From: Candidatus Caldarchaeales archaeon
GTDB taxonomy: Archaea > Thermoproteota > Nitrososphaeria_A > Caldarchaeales > Calditenuaceae
NCBI GenBank assembly: GCA_032249095.1
Contig: JAVVGN010000040.1
Span: 1-17,337 of the forward strand
Length of the DNA stretch: 17,337 bases
Direction of reading: 5' to 3'
The first letter of the stretch is position 1, and every line of letters begins with the position of its first letter. Both the position numbers and the translations under genes were made by a program. The notes beneath the pieces were generated by a model that searched no databases, had not been told where the DNA came from, and saw only the letters and a program-made list of their open reading frames with translations. Of this stretch, positions 1 through 8,115 are shown one piece after another.

Positions 1-1
1 G

Positions 2-178
2 CTCAGGCTAACCATAGTTGAGTGCTCGAGCCGCCACGGAGTCGCTAAGTATGTGGACTACGACACCAGGAGGGTTGGTGAGAAGCTGCTTCTCATTCTT
101 GATCGGAAAGGCCGCGTATTAGCGTCCGCGCCTCTGTCGAAGCCCGTAGATGTTCAGATACTTATGCGGCTTAACTAA
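2..178 (+). CDS. 3' end of an unidentified protein-coding gene entering from the left edge (58 codons plus TAA)
   Basis: Frame 2 is open from the window edge to TAA at 176-178 (..LTIVECSSRHGVAKYVDYDTRRVGEKLLLILDRKGRVLASAPLSKPVDVQILMRLN*). Composition looks protein-like and a T5 run follows. No family recognised. Confidence 0.3.
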   Translation, partial: LRLTIVECSSRHGVAKYVDYDTRRVGEKLLLILDRKGRVLASAPLSKPVDVQILMRLN

Positions 179-233
179 AAACCACCGGCGAGCAGGGAGG
201 TGGATACTATGGCGGTAGAGTTGAGCCACCCCA

Positions 234-238
234 TTTTT
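234..238 (+). terminator. Oligo-T tract between two convergent genes, candidate archaeal terminator
   Basis: TTTTT at 234-238, downstream of the partial + gene and just outside the stop (242-244) of the convergent - gene. Confidence 0.2.
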
Positions 239-241
239 CGA

Positions 242-1135
242 TTAGCTGATCCTCAAGTCTGAAAAGCATTGTCCACAGACATAGTGCCCCCTCGCCACCA
301 TCTTCACCGCCGAGAACGGGGCCTTACAGACTGGGCACCGCAGCCCCGAGGACGCTTTTTTGAACGGTGTCCCACAACCTCCACATCGATCAGTGCCGAC
401 CGGTGCGCTCTCACCGCAGTTGCTGCAAAGCATGCTGTCGCTCCTGCTGATAATCTCTATTCGTATAAGTGGGCCTCTCAGCTTCATGGTTGCTTCTGTT
501 GGAGGGGTCTGGGCCGCGGCTTGGGGCCTTCTTACCGAGGCTTCTGACCTGCGGGGTCTGGGTACTGAGATACCTACGGCCTCTATCCCGCTTCCCAGCT
601 CCTTGGGGGTGGCTCTAAACTCCATGGTCTTTAAAGCCGTAATTATGGCTGAGGCCACAAGCATACCTGTGGCCACGAGTATCAGTGGGCTGGAGATCAG
701 TGGTGCGCCCCCGGCTGGGGCCGAGAGGATGCTGGAGGGCATTATGGCTATGGAGGCGATGATGGCTACGCCTACAAGGCTGACGGGTGAGAGGAAGAGT
801 GGCCTCGCCTTAAACGTCTTTGCAGCCCTGAGGTAGAGGAGAGACTCGGAGACGGAGTAGGCGGTCCAGCAGGCTAAAGCCAAGTAGACGCCGAAGTTGA
901 TGATCTCCCCAAGCTGGAGCAGTATCGCAGCATAGGTCGCGCCCCCGAGGACCCAGATGGGAAGGTAAAGCACTCCCCACGTGCCCAGCCTGCCGCGGAG
1001 AGATCTCCACCCATAGCCTCTTAGAAGTATTGAGGTGGGGTAGGAGGCGAGGGCCGGGTAGAGGAGGGGGATGGGGAAGGCGAAGACGAGGGCGTTTATC
1101 ACCGACAGGAAGTAGCCCACGGATAAGGCCCTCAA
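242..1135 (-). CDS. Hypothetical polytopic membrane protein with C-terminal double zinc-ribbon domain
   Basis: 297 aa ORF. The first ~180 aa are several hydrophobic segments (e.g. GYFLSVINALVFAFPIPLLYPAL, VLYLPIWVLGGATYAAILL, LVGVAIIASIAIM, LILVATGMLVASAIITAL). A charged P/A/R-rich linker follows, then CSNCG..x..CGGCG and CPVCK..x..CGQC (four CxxC pairs). Start is TTG at 1135 (GTG at 1120 is the alternative); there is no ATG near the N-terminus. Confidence 0.6.
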   Translation of the reverse strand: MRALSVGYFLSVINALVFAFPIPLLYPALASYPTSILLRGYGWRSLRGRLGTWGVLYLPIWVLGGATYAAILLQLGEIINFGVYLALACWTAYSVSESLLYLRAAKTFKARPLFLSPVSLVGVAIIASIAIMPSSILSAPAGGAPLISSPLILVATGMLVASAIITALKTMEFRATPKELGSGIEAVGISVPRPRRSEASVRRPQAAAQTPPTEATMKLRGPLIRIEIISRSDSMLCSNCGESAPVGTDRCGGCGTPFKKASSGLRCPVCKAPFSAVKMVARGHYVCGQCFSDLRIS

Positions 1136-1193
1136 AGCCGCGCTGGAGGGATTATCGTGGCTTGCAATAAATGCTTTTGTCCTCTTCGACCGG

Positions 1194-2117
1194 CTATCCG
1201 GTGAGCCGCTCTAGTAGCATCCCCTTGAACCACTCCCAGTCGGCGTCGACGCAGACCACGGCGTTTGGAGCCTCAGCTGGCCGGGGCCGCCTTGGCGCGG
1301 TCACCCCCCTCGCGACGTCGCCACATGTGAGCACCTCAACCATCATCTCCTTCCACTCGAGCATCGATGAGTCTACGGCTGCGGCCACCGCCACCACATC
1401 ATGTACCTCCATATGCCCGGCCCTCTCAACGTGGTACTGGACAAGCCTTGCCGCGAGGCGGGCCTTTACGCTTCCCGATCTCGAGAGCTTCTCGACCTCG
1501 CTGCTGCCCAGCCAGCCGGCAGGGTTAATCGTTACGTCTAGCCCGACGCAGTGGGGCCTGACCGCCGGGCTAATGACCATCTGGGCTGCCTCTGGGTCAT
1601 TATAGATGTTGAACTCGGCGATCGGGGTGACGTTGCCTCGTCCATAATGAGTTTGGAAGTAGGCTCCACCCATAATTATCAGCCCACCCAGCAGCCTAGG
1701 TATGTCTGGATACCTCGCGAAGAGTAGGGCGAGGTTTGTGAGAGGCCCCGTAGCTATAAGCATGACCTCGCCGGGGTCCTCGTAGACTTTGCCAGCGATG
1801 AACTCGACCGCACCCTCCCTCGGAGCCTCTCTCGGCGCTGATAGCTCCACTCCGCCGAGACCGTCGGAGCCGTGGACGTGCTCAGCAGTCACGAGGGTCC
1901 TCGCCAGGGGGCCTGAAGCACCTCTATAGACGGGCACCTCGCCCCTCCCCACGTGCTCCAAGACACGCCGAGCGTTAATGCTCGTGTTCTCGAGGGAGGT
2001 GTTGCCTGCTACAGTGGTCACGCCAAGCAACTCCAGCTCAGGCGACGAGAGGGCCAATAGAAGGGCCAGCGCATCATCAGTGCCTGGATCCATGTCAAGG
2101 ATAACCTTACGAGCCAC
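1194..2117 (-). CDS. Inosine/uridine-preferring nucleoside hydrolase family protein
   Basis: N-terminal ILDMDPGTDDALAL matches the DxDxxxDD calcium/ribose-binding fingerprint of the IUNH family. Length is 307 aa, with GTG start at 2117 and TAG stop at 1194-1196. Confidence 0.85.
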   Translation of the reverse strand: MARKVILDMDPGTDDALALLLALSSPELELLGVTTVAGNTSLENTSINARRVLEHVGRGEVPVYRGASGPLARTLVTAEHVHGSDGLGGVELSAPREAPREGAVEFIAGKVYEDPGEVMLIATGPLTNLALLFARYPDIPRLLGGLIIMGGAYFQTHYGRGNVTPIAEFNIYNDPEAAQMVISPAVRPHCVGLDVTINPAGWLGSSEVEKLSRSGSVKARLAARLVQYHVERAGHMEVHDVVAVAAAVDSSMLEWKEMMVEVLTCGDVARGVTAPRRPRPAEAPNAVVCVDADWEWFKGMLLERLTG

Positions 2118-2304
2118 GCCTAATAGGAGGGTGTAGAGCCAGTAGATAATGGTTAAATCCTCGGAGTAATTTGGGGGCTGCCGTCCTCCAGAGTCTTTGG
2201 GTTGAGGGACTGACGGATTAGTGGTGCTGTGTAGTGGGGTTTTGTGTGGATGTGGGAGTGCGCGGGGACGGTATTCCCGATGGTGTTCTGCCCAAGTATC
2301 AAGG

Positions 2305-2312
2305 TTTAAATC
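2305..2312 (+). promoter_or_regulatory. TATA-box-like element (TTTAAATC) predicted to drive the aro operon leader
   Basis: This is the only strong AT-rich box in the 358 nt intergenic region. It is centred ~29 nt upstream of the ATG at 2338, so the predicted TSS is ~2334-2337 and the uORF would be essentially leaderless. No other TATA-like box lies between here and asd. Confidence 0.4.
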
Positions 2313-2337
2313 AAAGTGCTAGGCGCATATTGATTGC

Positions 2338-2427
2338 ATGAGTAGGGGGAGGGGCATAGGTCGTAAGAGCATCCAACTCTTTGGTTGGACCGCGACCTAT
2401 GCCTATTTCTTTGGTCCCCGAGAGTAG
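2338..2427 (+). CDS. Candidate leader peptide / uORF, 29 codons, aromatic-rich (MSRGRGIGRKSIQLFGWTATYAYFFGPRE*)
   Basis: ATG at 2338, TAG at 2425-2427. F15, W17, Y21, Y23, F24 and F25 make 6 aromatic residues within residues 15-25. It lies 49 nt upstream of the first gene of the aromatic amino-acid pathway operon and inside a strongly paired leader. Too short to appear in the supplied ORF track. Confidence 0.35.
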   Translation: MSRGRGIGRKSIQLFGWTATYAYFFGPRE

Positions 2428-2453
2428 CTCTGGTTCTCCCCCCTCCCCCTGCT
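2341..2453 (+). promoter_or_regulatory. Structured 5' leader RNA element (nested helices) upstream of asd/aro operon
   Basis: Hand-checked pairings: outer helix 2341-2354 with 2440-2453 (14 bp, one G-U, core GGGGGAGGGG/CCCCTCCCCC); inner helix 2355-2363 with 2393-2401 (9 bp); apical hairpin 2372-2377 with 2384-2389 (6 bp). GGTGAG (2464-2469) and the asd ATG (2476) follow. Confidence 0.45.
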
Positions 2454-2475
2454 CTGCACGTGTGGTGAGTATGTT

Positions 2476-3528
2476 ATGGGTAAGTTAGGTGTAGCTATAC
2501 TGGGAGCCACGGGCATGGTCGGTCAGATCTATGTGCAGATGCTGAGCAGGCATCCATGGTTTGAGATAAGGGCTGTGACGGGTAACTCATCGGTGGGAAA
2601 GACCCTCGCGGAAGCCTATAGAGGTAGGGGGCATGTCCCGGAGAAGTATGCGAGTCTTGAGGTGCTACCCTCAGACCCCTCTAAGATCGATGCAGACCTA
2701 GTATTCAGCTGTCTTCCGACCAAGGCAGCGAGAGAGGTGGAGCCGCGATTCGCAGAGGCAGGGTTCCCAGTTGTCAGCGACTCGGCGGCCCACAGATATC
2801 AGCCCGATGTACCGCTGATAATCCCGGAGGTTAACCCGGAGCATCTAGGCCTGATAGAGACCCAGCGGAGGCAGAGGAGGTGGGACGGCTTCATAGTTAC
2901 TACGCCGAACTGCACCACGGTAGGATTCGCACTACCCCTTAAGCCACTGGTGGACCGATACGGCGTGCGATACGTCAACCTGGTGACTATGCAGTCGGTC
3001 TCTGGAGCAGGGTTCAACGGCGTCTCGTCCATGGCCATAATGTCTAACATCATACCATACATCGAGGGGGAGGAGGCTAAGGTCGCTGAAGAGCCGCGGA
3101 AAATCATGGGCACACTGCAGGACGGCGAGATAAGGCCCCTAGACATAGTTATCGACGCCATATGCACCAGAGTCCCGACGCTGGTAGGCCACCTAGAGGT
3201 AGTGCAGGCCGAGCTCGCCAGAGAAGCCACGGTTGAGGAGATCGCCGAGACCCTCGGAGGATTCATTGGCCTCCCCCAGCAGCTGGAGCTTCCTACTGCT
3301 CCGCGGAGACCCATCAACGTCGCGCAGGAGGAGGACAGGCCACAACCGAGGATCGACACAGACGCGGGCAGCATCCCCGGGATGACGGTGACTGTTGGGA
3401 GGATCAGGCGGGGAAGGCGGCCAAACACGGTTACCTTCGTGTCTCTGAGCAACAACTTGGTGCGAGGAGCCGCTGGGTCGGCGATCCTTACGGGGGAGCT
3501 TCTTCATGTTACAGGATGGCTGGGGTGA
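2476..3528 (+). CDS. asd: Aspartate-semialdehyde dehydrogenase
   Basis: 350 aa. N-terminal Rossmann motif VAILGATGMVGQ and an archaeal-type ASADH-like body with the presumed active-site Cys in TPNCTTV. GGTGAG lies 7 nt upstream of the ATG. Confidence 0.9.
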   Translation: MGKLGVAILGATGMVGQIYVQMLSRHPWFEIRAVTGNSSVGKTLAEAYRGRGHVPEKYASLEVLPSDPSKIDADLVFSCLPTKAAREVEPRFAEAGFPVVSDSAAHRYQPDVPLIIPEVNPEHLGLIETQRRQRRWDGFIVTTPNCTTVGFALPLKPLVDRYGVRYVNLVTMQSVSGAGFNGVSSMAIMSNIIPYIEGEEAKVAEEPRKIMGTLQDGEIRPLDIVIDAICTRVPTLVGHLEVVQAELAREATVEEIAETLGGFIGLPQQLELPTAPRRPINVAQEEDRPQPRIDTDAGSIPGMTVTVGRIRRGRRPNTVTFVSLSNNLVRGAAGSAILTGELLHVTGWLG

Positions 3529-3534
3529 TGGTGG

Positions 3535-4323
3535 ATGGTTTGGGGAAAGCAGGTCAGGATGGGCCGGCTGACGGAGAGGGGAAGGATGCTATGCGTCCCG
3601 ATGGATCACGGGATAACCGCAGGCCCCATGAAGGGGCTCGACAAAATCTACAGGACGATAAGCGAGGTGGAGCGAGGAGGAGCCACGGCGTTTCTAGTCC
3701 ACAAGGGCATAGTCAAGCACATGCCGAGCCCGCCCAAGATAGGGTACATTATTCATGTCTCGGGAAGCACCTCACTCGGGCCTGACCCCAACTGGAAGGT
3801 GAGGGTGGGGGGTGCCCGCACGGCCATTAGACTCGGCGCGGACGGTCTATCTGTCCACATCAACATTGGGAGCAAGGCGGAGCCAGAAATGTTGAGGAAG
3901 CTCGGCGAGATCGCCGACGAGTGCGAGGAGTGGGGGATACCCCTCATAGCTATGATGTATCCACGGGGAGAGAACATTAAGGATCCCAACGACCCTGAGG
4001 TCCTGAGGCATGTCGCGCGGGTTGGGGCCGAGCTAGGCGCCGATATCGTCAAGGTGCCATACAGCGGGAGCATTGATACTTTTAGGAGGGTCGTCGAGTC
4101 TTGCCCCGCGCCAGTGGTTATGGCGGGGGGCCCTAAGATGGACAACGACCTCGCGGTCCTAAAGATGGCTAGGGAGGCTATGGACGCCGGCGCCATGGGG
4201 GTTACAATAGGGCGCAACATCTTCATGCATGAGAGGCCGGCATCAATCGTCAGGGCCCTCCGGAAGATAGTTGTGGATGATGGGTCTGTGGAGGATGCTC
4301 TAGCGGTTCTCGAGGGGGGCTAG
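3535..4323 (+). CDS. aroA': 2-amino-3,7-dideoxy-D-threo-hept-6-ulosonate (ADH) synthase, class I aldolase (DhnA/FbaB) family
   Basis: 262 aa. The stretch GKQVRMGRLTERGRMLCVPMDHGIT resembles the MJ0400-type N-terminus (..VIVPMDHG..). Other aldolase-like motifs are ADIVKVPY (presumed Schiff-base Lys region) and GVTIGRNIF. It sits between asd and dehydroquinate synthase II, 6 nt after the asd stop. Confidence 0.8.
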   Translation: MVWGKQVRMGRLTERGRMLCVPMDHGITAGPMKGLDKIYRTISEVERGGATAFLVHKGIVKHMPSPPKIGYIIHVSGSTSLGPDPNWKVRVGGARTAIRLGADGLSVHINIGSKAEPEMLRKLGEIADECEEWGIPLIAMMYPRGENIKDPNDPEVLRHVARVGAELGADIVKVPYSGSIDTFRRVVESCPAPVVMAGGPKMDNDLAVLKMAREAMDAGAMGVTIGRNIFMHERPASIVRALRKIVVDDGSVEDALAVLEGG

Positions 4324-4327
4324 CTGG

Positions 4328-5323
4328 TTGCCACAGACTAGAGAGAAGGAGATCATCGTTGAGGCGGAGTCGCCTGAGGAGGCGGAGGAGGCGGTAGCTG
4401 CAGGAGCCTCAGCCATCCTCGTCAAAGAAGCTGGAAAGGGGCCTCCGCGCGTCGGGGCAAAGATATACGTCCTGGGCGAGAACGTCGTCCCCGTTAAGGT
4501 TTCGCAGCCAACCGATATCGAGGAAGTTTACAGGATAGCTAGCTCGGGGGCCGAGGCCATACTCGTCGAGACGAGTGAAATGCGGATAATCCCTCTCGAG
4601 AACATTCTCGCGCGCCTCCAGGGGACCGGAGCGAAGGTCTTCACGAGGATAAGTAGCCTCGACGAGGCCGAAGCCTCCTTCGGGATCTTGGAGAAGGGTG
4701 TTGACGGAGTAATCTACCGCCCATCTAGCATTGCCGAGATAGGTGTTCTGGTCGACATGCTTAAGCGGGTTAAGAGCGTGGAGCTTAGGGCCGCGAAGGT
4801 TAGGGAAGTCTACGACGTGGGCATGGGGGAGAGGGCGTGCGTCGACACTATAGCGATGCTTAGATATGGCGAGGGGATGCTAGTAGGCAGCATGGCTCGG
4901 ATGCTCTTCCTAGTTCACAACGAGTCCATAGGCTCAAAGTTCACCCCTCCCAGACCCTTCAGGGTCAACGCAGGAGCCGTCCACCTCTACACACTCTCAC
5001 CAACCGGCAAGACCCTCTATCTCTCGGAGCTCCGTGCAGGGACAAGGATCCTGACGGTCTCGAAGGATGGATCCACGCGCGTCGTTACGGTGGGGAGGGT
5101 TAAGATCGAGCGAAGACCCATGGTTCAAGTAAATGCTGAGGTTGATGGCGTGCTGGGGGCGGCGACACTCCAAAAGGCCGAGACCATCAGGCTCGTCACA
5201 CCCAAGGGAGAGGTCGTTGACGTCACCTCGCTCAGCCCAGGGGACGAGGTCTTGTGCTGGCTCTCCCCCAAGGCGGCCAGACATATGGGCATGGAGGTAG
5301 ACGAGTACATAGATGAAGTCTAG
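4328..5323 (+). CDS. aroB': 3-dehydroquinate synthase II (archaeal type, MJ1249-like)
   Basis: 331 aa. Long stretches match my recollection of the MJ1249 family: IIPLENILA, LDEAEASFGILEKGVDGV, GEGMLVGSMARMLFLVHNES, RPFRVNAGAVHLY, YLSELRAGTRIL, VGRVKIERRPM, AETIRLV. TTG start lies 4 nt after the upstream stop. Confidence 0.9.
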   Translation: MPQTREKEIIVEAESPEEAEEAVAAGASAILVKEAGKGPPRVGAKIYVLGENVVPVKVSQPTDIEEVYRIASSGAEAILVETSEMRIIPLENILARLQGTGAKVFTRISSLDEAEASFGILEKGVDGVIYRPSSIAEIGVLVDMLKRVKSVELRAAKVREVYDVGMGERACVDTIAMLRYGEGMLVGSMARMLFLVHNESIGSKFTPPRPFRVNAGAVHLYTLSPTGKTLYLSELRAGTRILTVSKDGSTRVVTVGRVKIERRPMVQVNAEVDGVLGAATLQKAETIRLVTPKGEVVDVTSLSPGDEVLCWLSPKAARHMGMEVDEYIDEV

Positions 5324-6023
5324 CGTGGCGCGGAGGATATGCGTCTCGCTTCTGGCAAGGACCCCTGAGGAGATGCGGAGCTTGGCGGAGGCCGCGGCGG
5401 AGCTTGGGGCAAGGATGGTGGAGCTTAGGCTTGACGGACTCGAGCGGGGACGCATCCTAGAGGGGCTGCATCTCACGGGCGACCTCGGCCTCAGCCGCGT
5501 GGTGACGATAAGGCCGGAGTGGGAGGGCGGTCTCTACTCTGGGTCTGAGGAGGAGCGGATCAGCCTCTTGGAGAGGGCGGCTGGCTCCGCAGACTTCGTC
5601 GACCTAGAGTATGGCGCGGTCGTGGAGAATGGAGGCGTTGTCGAAGAGCTGCGGGAGGGTGGGTGCAAGCTCATTCTGTCGCGTCACTACGTGTCCGACA
5701 GCCCTCCCTCCGAGTGGATCCGCTCGGAGGCCGAGAGGATGGCGAGGCTCGCGGATATAGTAAAGATAGTCAACAAGCCCAGCAACGTGGCGGAGGCGGT
5801 CCAGCTGCTCTCACTCTACTCAGCCCCCTGGACGCCCGGCAGACTCGTCTGCTTCAGCATAGGCGAGGCCTGGTCCTTGACGAGGATACTGTGTGTCGCG
5901 CTAGGCTCACCCTTCACCTACGCCAGCCTTCCAGGCCGAGCCGTGGCTCCGGGCCAGCCTACCTTCACCGAGGCGCTGGATGCTTTGGAGGCCGCGCTGA
6001 GGATATGGAGCTCCTCGCCGTGA
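5313..6023 (+). CDS. aroD: 3-dehydroquinate dehydratase, type I
   Basis: 236 aa. Motifs VELRLDGL, ILSRHYVSDSPP (His region) and ADIVKIV (Schiff-base Lys region) are typical of type I DHQase. The ATG overlaps the upstream gene by 11 nt. Confidence 0.85.
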   Translation: MKSSVARRICVSLLARTPEEMRSLAEAAAELGARMVELRLDGLERGRILEGLHLTGDLGLSRVVTIRPEWEGGLYSGSEEERISLLERAAGSADFVDLEYGAVVENGGVVEELREGGCKLILSRHYVSDSPPSEWIRSEAERMARLADIVKIVNKPSNVAEAVQLLSLYSAPWTPGRLVCFSIGEAWSLTRILCVALGSPFTYASLPGRAVAPGQPTFTEALDALEAALRIWSSSP

Positions 6024-6847
6024 TAGGCTACCCTATATCCCACTCCGCGTCGCCCATCATGTACAACGCGCTCTTCAGGGTTAGGGATCTTCCGCACAGA
6101 TACATCGCGGTCGAGGTTCCTCCAGAGAATCTCGGCGAAACACTTAGGTCCCTCCACAGGCTGGGCTTCAAGGGTCTCAACATCACGATTCCGCACAAGG
6201 AGGTCGCAGCCATCGAGGCCGTAGGGCTGACCGAGGAGGCGGAGGCTGTTGGGGCGGTAAACACTCTTTCGCGCGAGAGGGAGGGCTGGGTGGGACACAA
6301 CACCGACGTGGCGGGCGTTGTCGGATGCCTTTACAGCCACATCTCAGGCCGGGACTGTAAGGCCCTAGTGCTGGGCGCGGGCGGCAGTGCTGCCGCAGCC
6401 CTCTACGCCCTTGGGAAGATGGGGGTAAGGCGGGCCTACATAGCCAACCGGACAATAGGCCGGGCTGAGAGGCTGGCTGAGAGGGCTGGGAGGCTGTTTG
6501 GGCTCAGTTGTGAGGTTGTGGAGCTCGGCCGCGCTCCCGAGGCTGCGTCGCGTGTGGAGATAATCGTCAACGCAACCCCGCTAGGCCTCACCTACAGCGA
6601 GGCTCCGATTGGGGAGAGGGATTTGACCCCTAGCCACGTAGTCCTAGACATGGTATACTCCCATAGGCCAACACCGATGAGGCTGGCCGCGGAGGCCGCG
6701 GGAGCGACCTACGTTGACGGAGTCAGGATGCTTGTAGAGCAGGGCGCAGCCTCGGTGAGGATACTTCTAGGCATCGAGCCGGACAAGAGGGTTATGGAAG
6801 GCGCGGTGCGGAGCTGGCTGAGAAGAAGGGGGGAGGCGTGGTCTTGA
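6005..6847 (+). CDS. aroE: Shikimate 5-dehydrogenase
   Basis: The track ORF 5663..6847 is an out-of-frame N-terminal extension through aroD. The real start is the ATG at 6005 (MELLAVIGYPISHSASPIMYNALF = G.PI.HS.SP..HN motif). Also present are NITIPHK, the NTD motif (GHNTDVAG) and the GAGG nucleotide-binding loop (VLGAGGSAAA). It overlaps aroD by 19 nt. Confidence 0.9.
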   Translation: MELLAVIGYPISHSASPIMYNALFRVRDLPHRYIAVEVPPENLGETLRSLHRLGFKGLNITIPHKEVAAIEAVGLTEEAEAVGAVNTLSREREGWVGHNTDVAGVVGCLYSHISGRDCKALVLGAGGSAAAALYALGKMGVRRAYIANRTIGRAERLAERAGRLFGLSCEVVELGRAPEAASRVEIIVNATPLGLTYSEAPIGERDLTPSHVVLDMVYSHRPTPMRLAAEAAGATYVDGVRMLVEQGAASVRILLGIEPDKRVMEGAVRSWLRRRGEAWS

Positions 6848-8115
6848 GGGTCAGAATAACTGGGGCGGAGCTACGCGGAGAAGTGAAGGCGCCTCCGAGC
6901 AAGAGCTACACTCACAGGGCGGTCACCGCGGCCCTCCTTTCCGAGGGCTATTCCACAGTGCTTAACCCTCTGCGCTCCCGAGACACGGAGGCGACCATCA
7001 ACGCCGCGAGGCTGTTCGGGGCCGCAGTCGAGGAGGACGAGGATCGACTCGCCGTCAGGGGTAGGAGCAGGCCACTGACCCCCAGCAACGTGATCGATGC
7101 GATGAATTCTGGGACGACCCTGAGGATAATGACGGCTGTGGCGGGCCTCGTGGAGAGGGGATACACGGTGCTCACGGGCGATGAGAGTCTTAGGCGCAGA
7201 CCGATGCAGCCCCTCCTCGACGCTCTCCGCGACCTTGGGGTTCGAGCGTGGTCCACCAAGATGGACGGCACTGCGCCGATAGTGGTGGAGGCAGGTAAGA
7301 TGGGTGGAGTGTGCAGGATAAGGGGAGACGTGAGCAGCCAGTTTGTGTCGGCCCTCCTCATGGCTGGGGCGGCAGCCGAGCGAGAGGTAGCCGTGAAAGT
7401 TGACGGGGAGCCCGTCTCGAGACCATACATAGACTCTACAATAGCCGTCATGGAGGAGTTTGGAGCACGGGTTTGGAGGGAGGGATACACCTATTTTCAG
7501 ACCGAGCCGTCCGGCTACAGGCCGTCAAGCTTCACGGTACCTGGCGACTATGGGCTTGCAGGATTCGTCATGGCAGCCCCCCTATTGGCTGGTGGAAAAG
7601 TCCGGGTCACGGGCCTCAACCCGCGGTACCCCCAGGCAGACAGCACCATCCTCGAAATCTTAGCCAAGATGGGGGCGAAGGTTCGGGTGATCCCCGACGC
7701 GGTTGAGGTTGAGTGGGCGCCCCTGAGGGGGCTGGAGGTCGATTTAAGAGACTCTCCAGACCTACTGCCGATAGTCGCGGTTCTCGGCGCATTGTCCGCG
7801 GGAGAGACGCGGATAACCGGCGTCCAACACGCCAGACATAAAGAGAGCGACAGGATACATGTCCTAGCCTCTGAGCTTGCTAAAGTCTCGATAGAGGTGA
7901 GGGAGGAGCCCGACGGGCTCAGGATAAAAGGGGGAAAGCCAAGCCAGTCGGTCCTCGACCCCCATGGCGACCACAGACTCTTCATGGCCTTCGCGCTTCT
8001 CTCTCTATCAGTCAAAGGGGGGCTGGAGGTCATGGACCCCCAGTCAGCCTCAATCTCCTATCCCGGCTTTCTAGACGACCTGCGCGCGATAGGCTGCGAG
8101 GTGAGCTTCGCGTGA
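6838..8115 (+). CDS. aroA: 3-phosphoshikimate 1-carboxyvinyltransferase (EPSP synthase)
   Basis: 425 aa. Contains APPSKSYTHRAV (P.SKS..HR motif), GTTLR, and HARHKESDRI (the conserved ..KE.DR. stretch). GTG start overlaps aroE by 10 nt. Confidence 0.9.
   Translation: MVLRVRITGAELRGEVKAPPSKSYTHRAVTAALLSEGYSTVLNPLRSRDTEATINAARLFGAAVEEDEDRLAVRGRSRPLTPSNVIDAMNSGTTLRIMTAVAGLVERGYTVLTGDESLRRRPMQPLLDALRDLGVRAWSTKMDGTAPIVVEAGKMGGVCRIRGDVSSQFVSALLMAGAAAEREVAVKVDGEPVSRPYIDSTIAVMEEFGARVWREGYTYFQTEPSGYRPSSFTVPGDYGLAGFVMAAPLLAGGKVRVTGLNPRYPQADSTILEILAKMGAKVRVIPDAVEVEWAPLRGLEVDLRDSPDLLPIVAVLGALSAGETRITGVQHARHKESDRIHVLASELAKVSIEVREEPDGLRIKGGKPSQSVLDPHGDHRLFMAFALLSLSVKGGLEVMDPQSASISYPGFLDDLRAIGCEVSFA

Noticed and set aside
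2341-2453. Possible tRNA (or intron-containing tRNA) or H/ACA guide RNA in the folded element upstream of asd
   Set aside because: The outer helix is 14 bp, far longer than a 7 bp acceptor stem. No T-loop (GTTCRANYC) or D-arm is present, and the apical hairpin loop is 6 nt rather than 7. There is no unpaired 5' pocket strand and no ACA box after the basal helix. It is better explained as an mRNA leader.
2799-3455. Long antisense and alternate-frame ORFs inside the aro genes and others (e.g. 2799..3455 -, 3753..4226 -, 4997..5476 -, 5918..6340 -, 6948..7490 -, 7548..8033 -, 8612..9280 -, 1171..1605 +, 360..836 +)
   Set aside because: All lie within confidently identified genes on the opposite strand or in another frame. 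They have Ser/Arg/Pro/Thr-rich low-complexity composition typical of spurious ORFs in GC-rich DNA, and none shows a recognisable motif.
5663-6004. N-terminal 114 codons of the 394 aa track ORF 5663..6847
   Set aside because: This part is Arg/Gly/Pro-rich low-complexity sequence that lies out of frame inside aroD. The shikimate dehydrogenase homology begins at the ATG at 6005.
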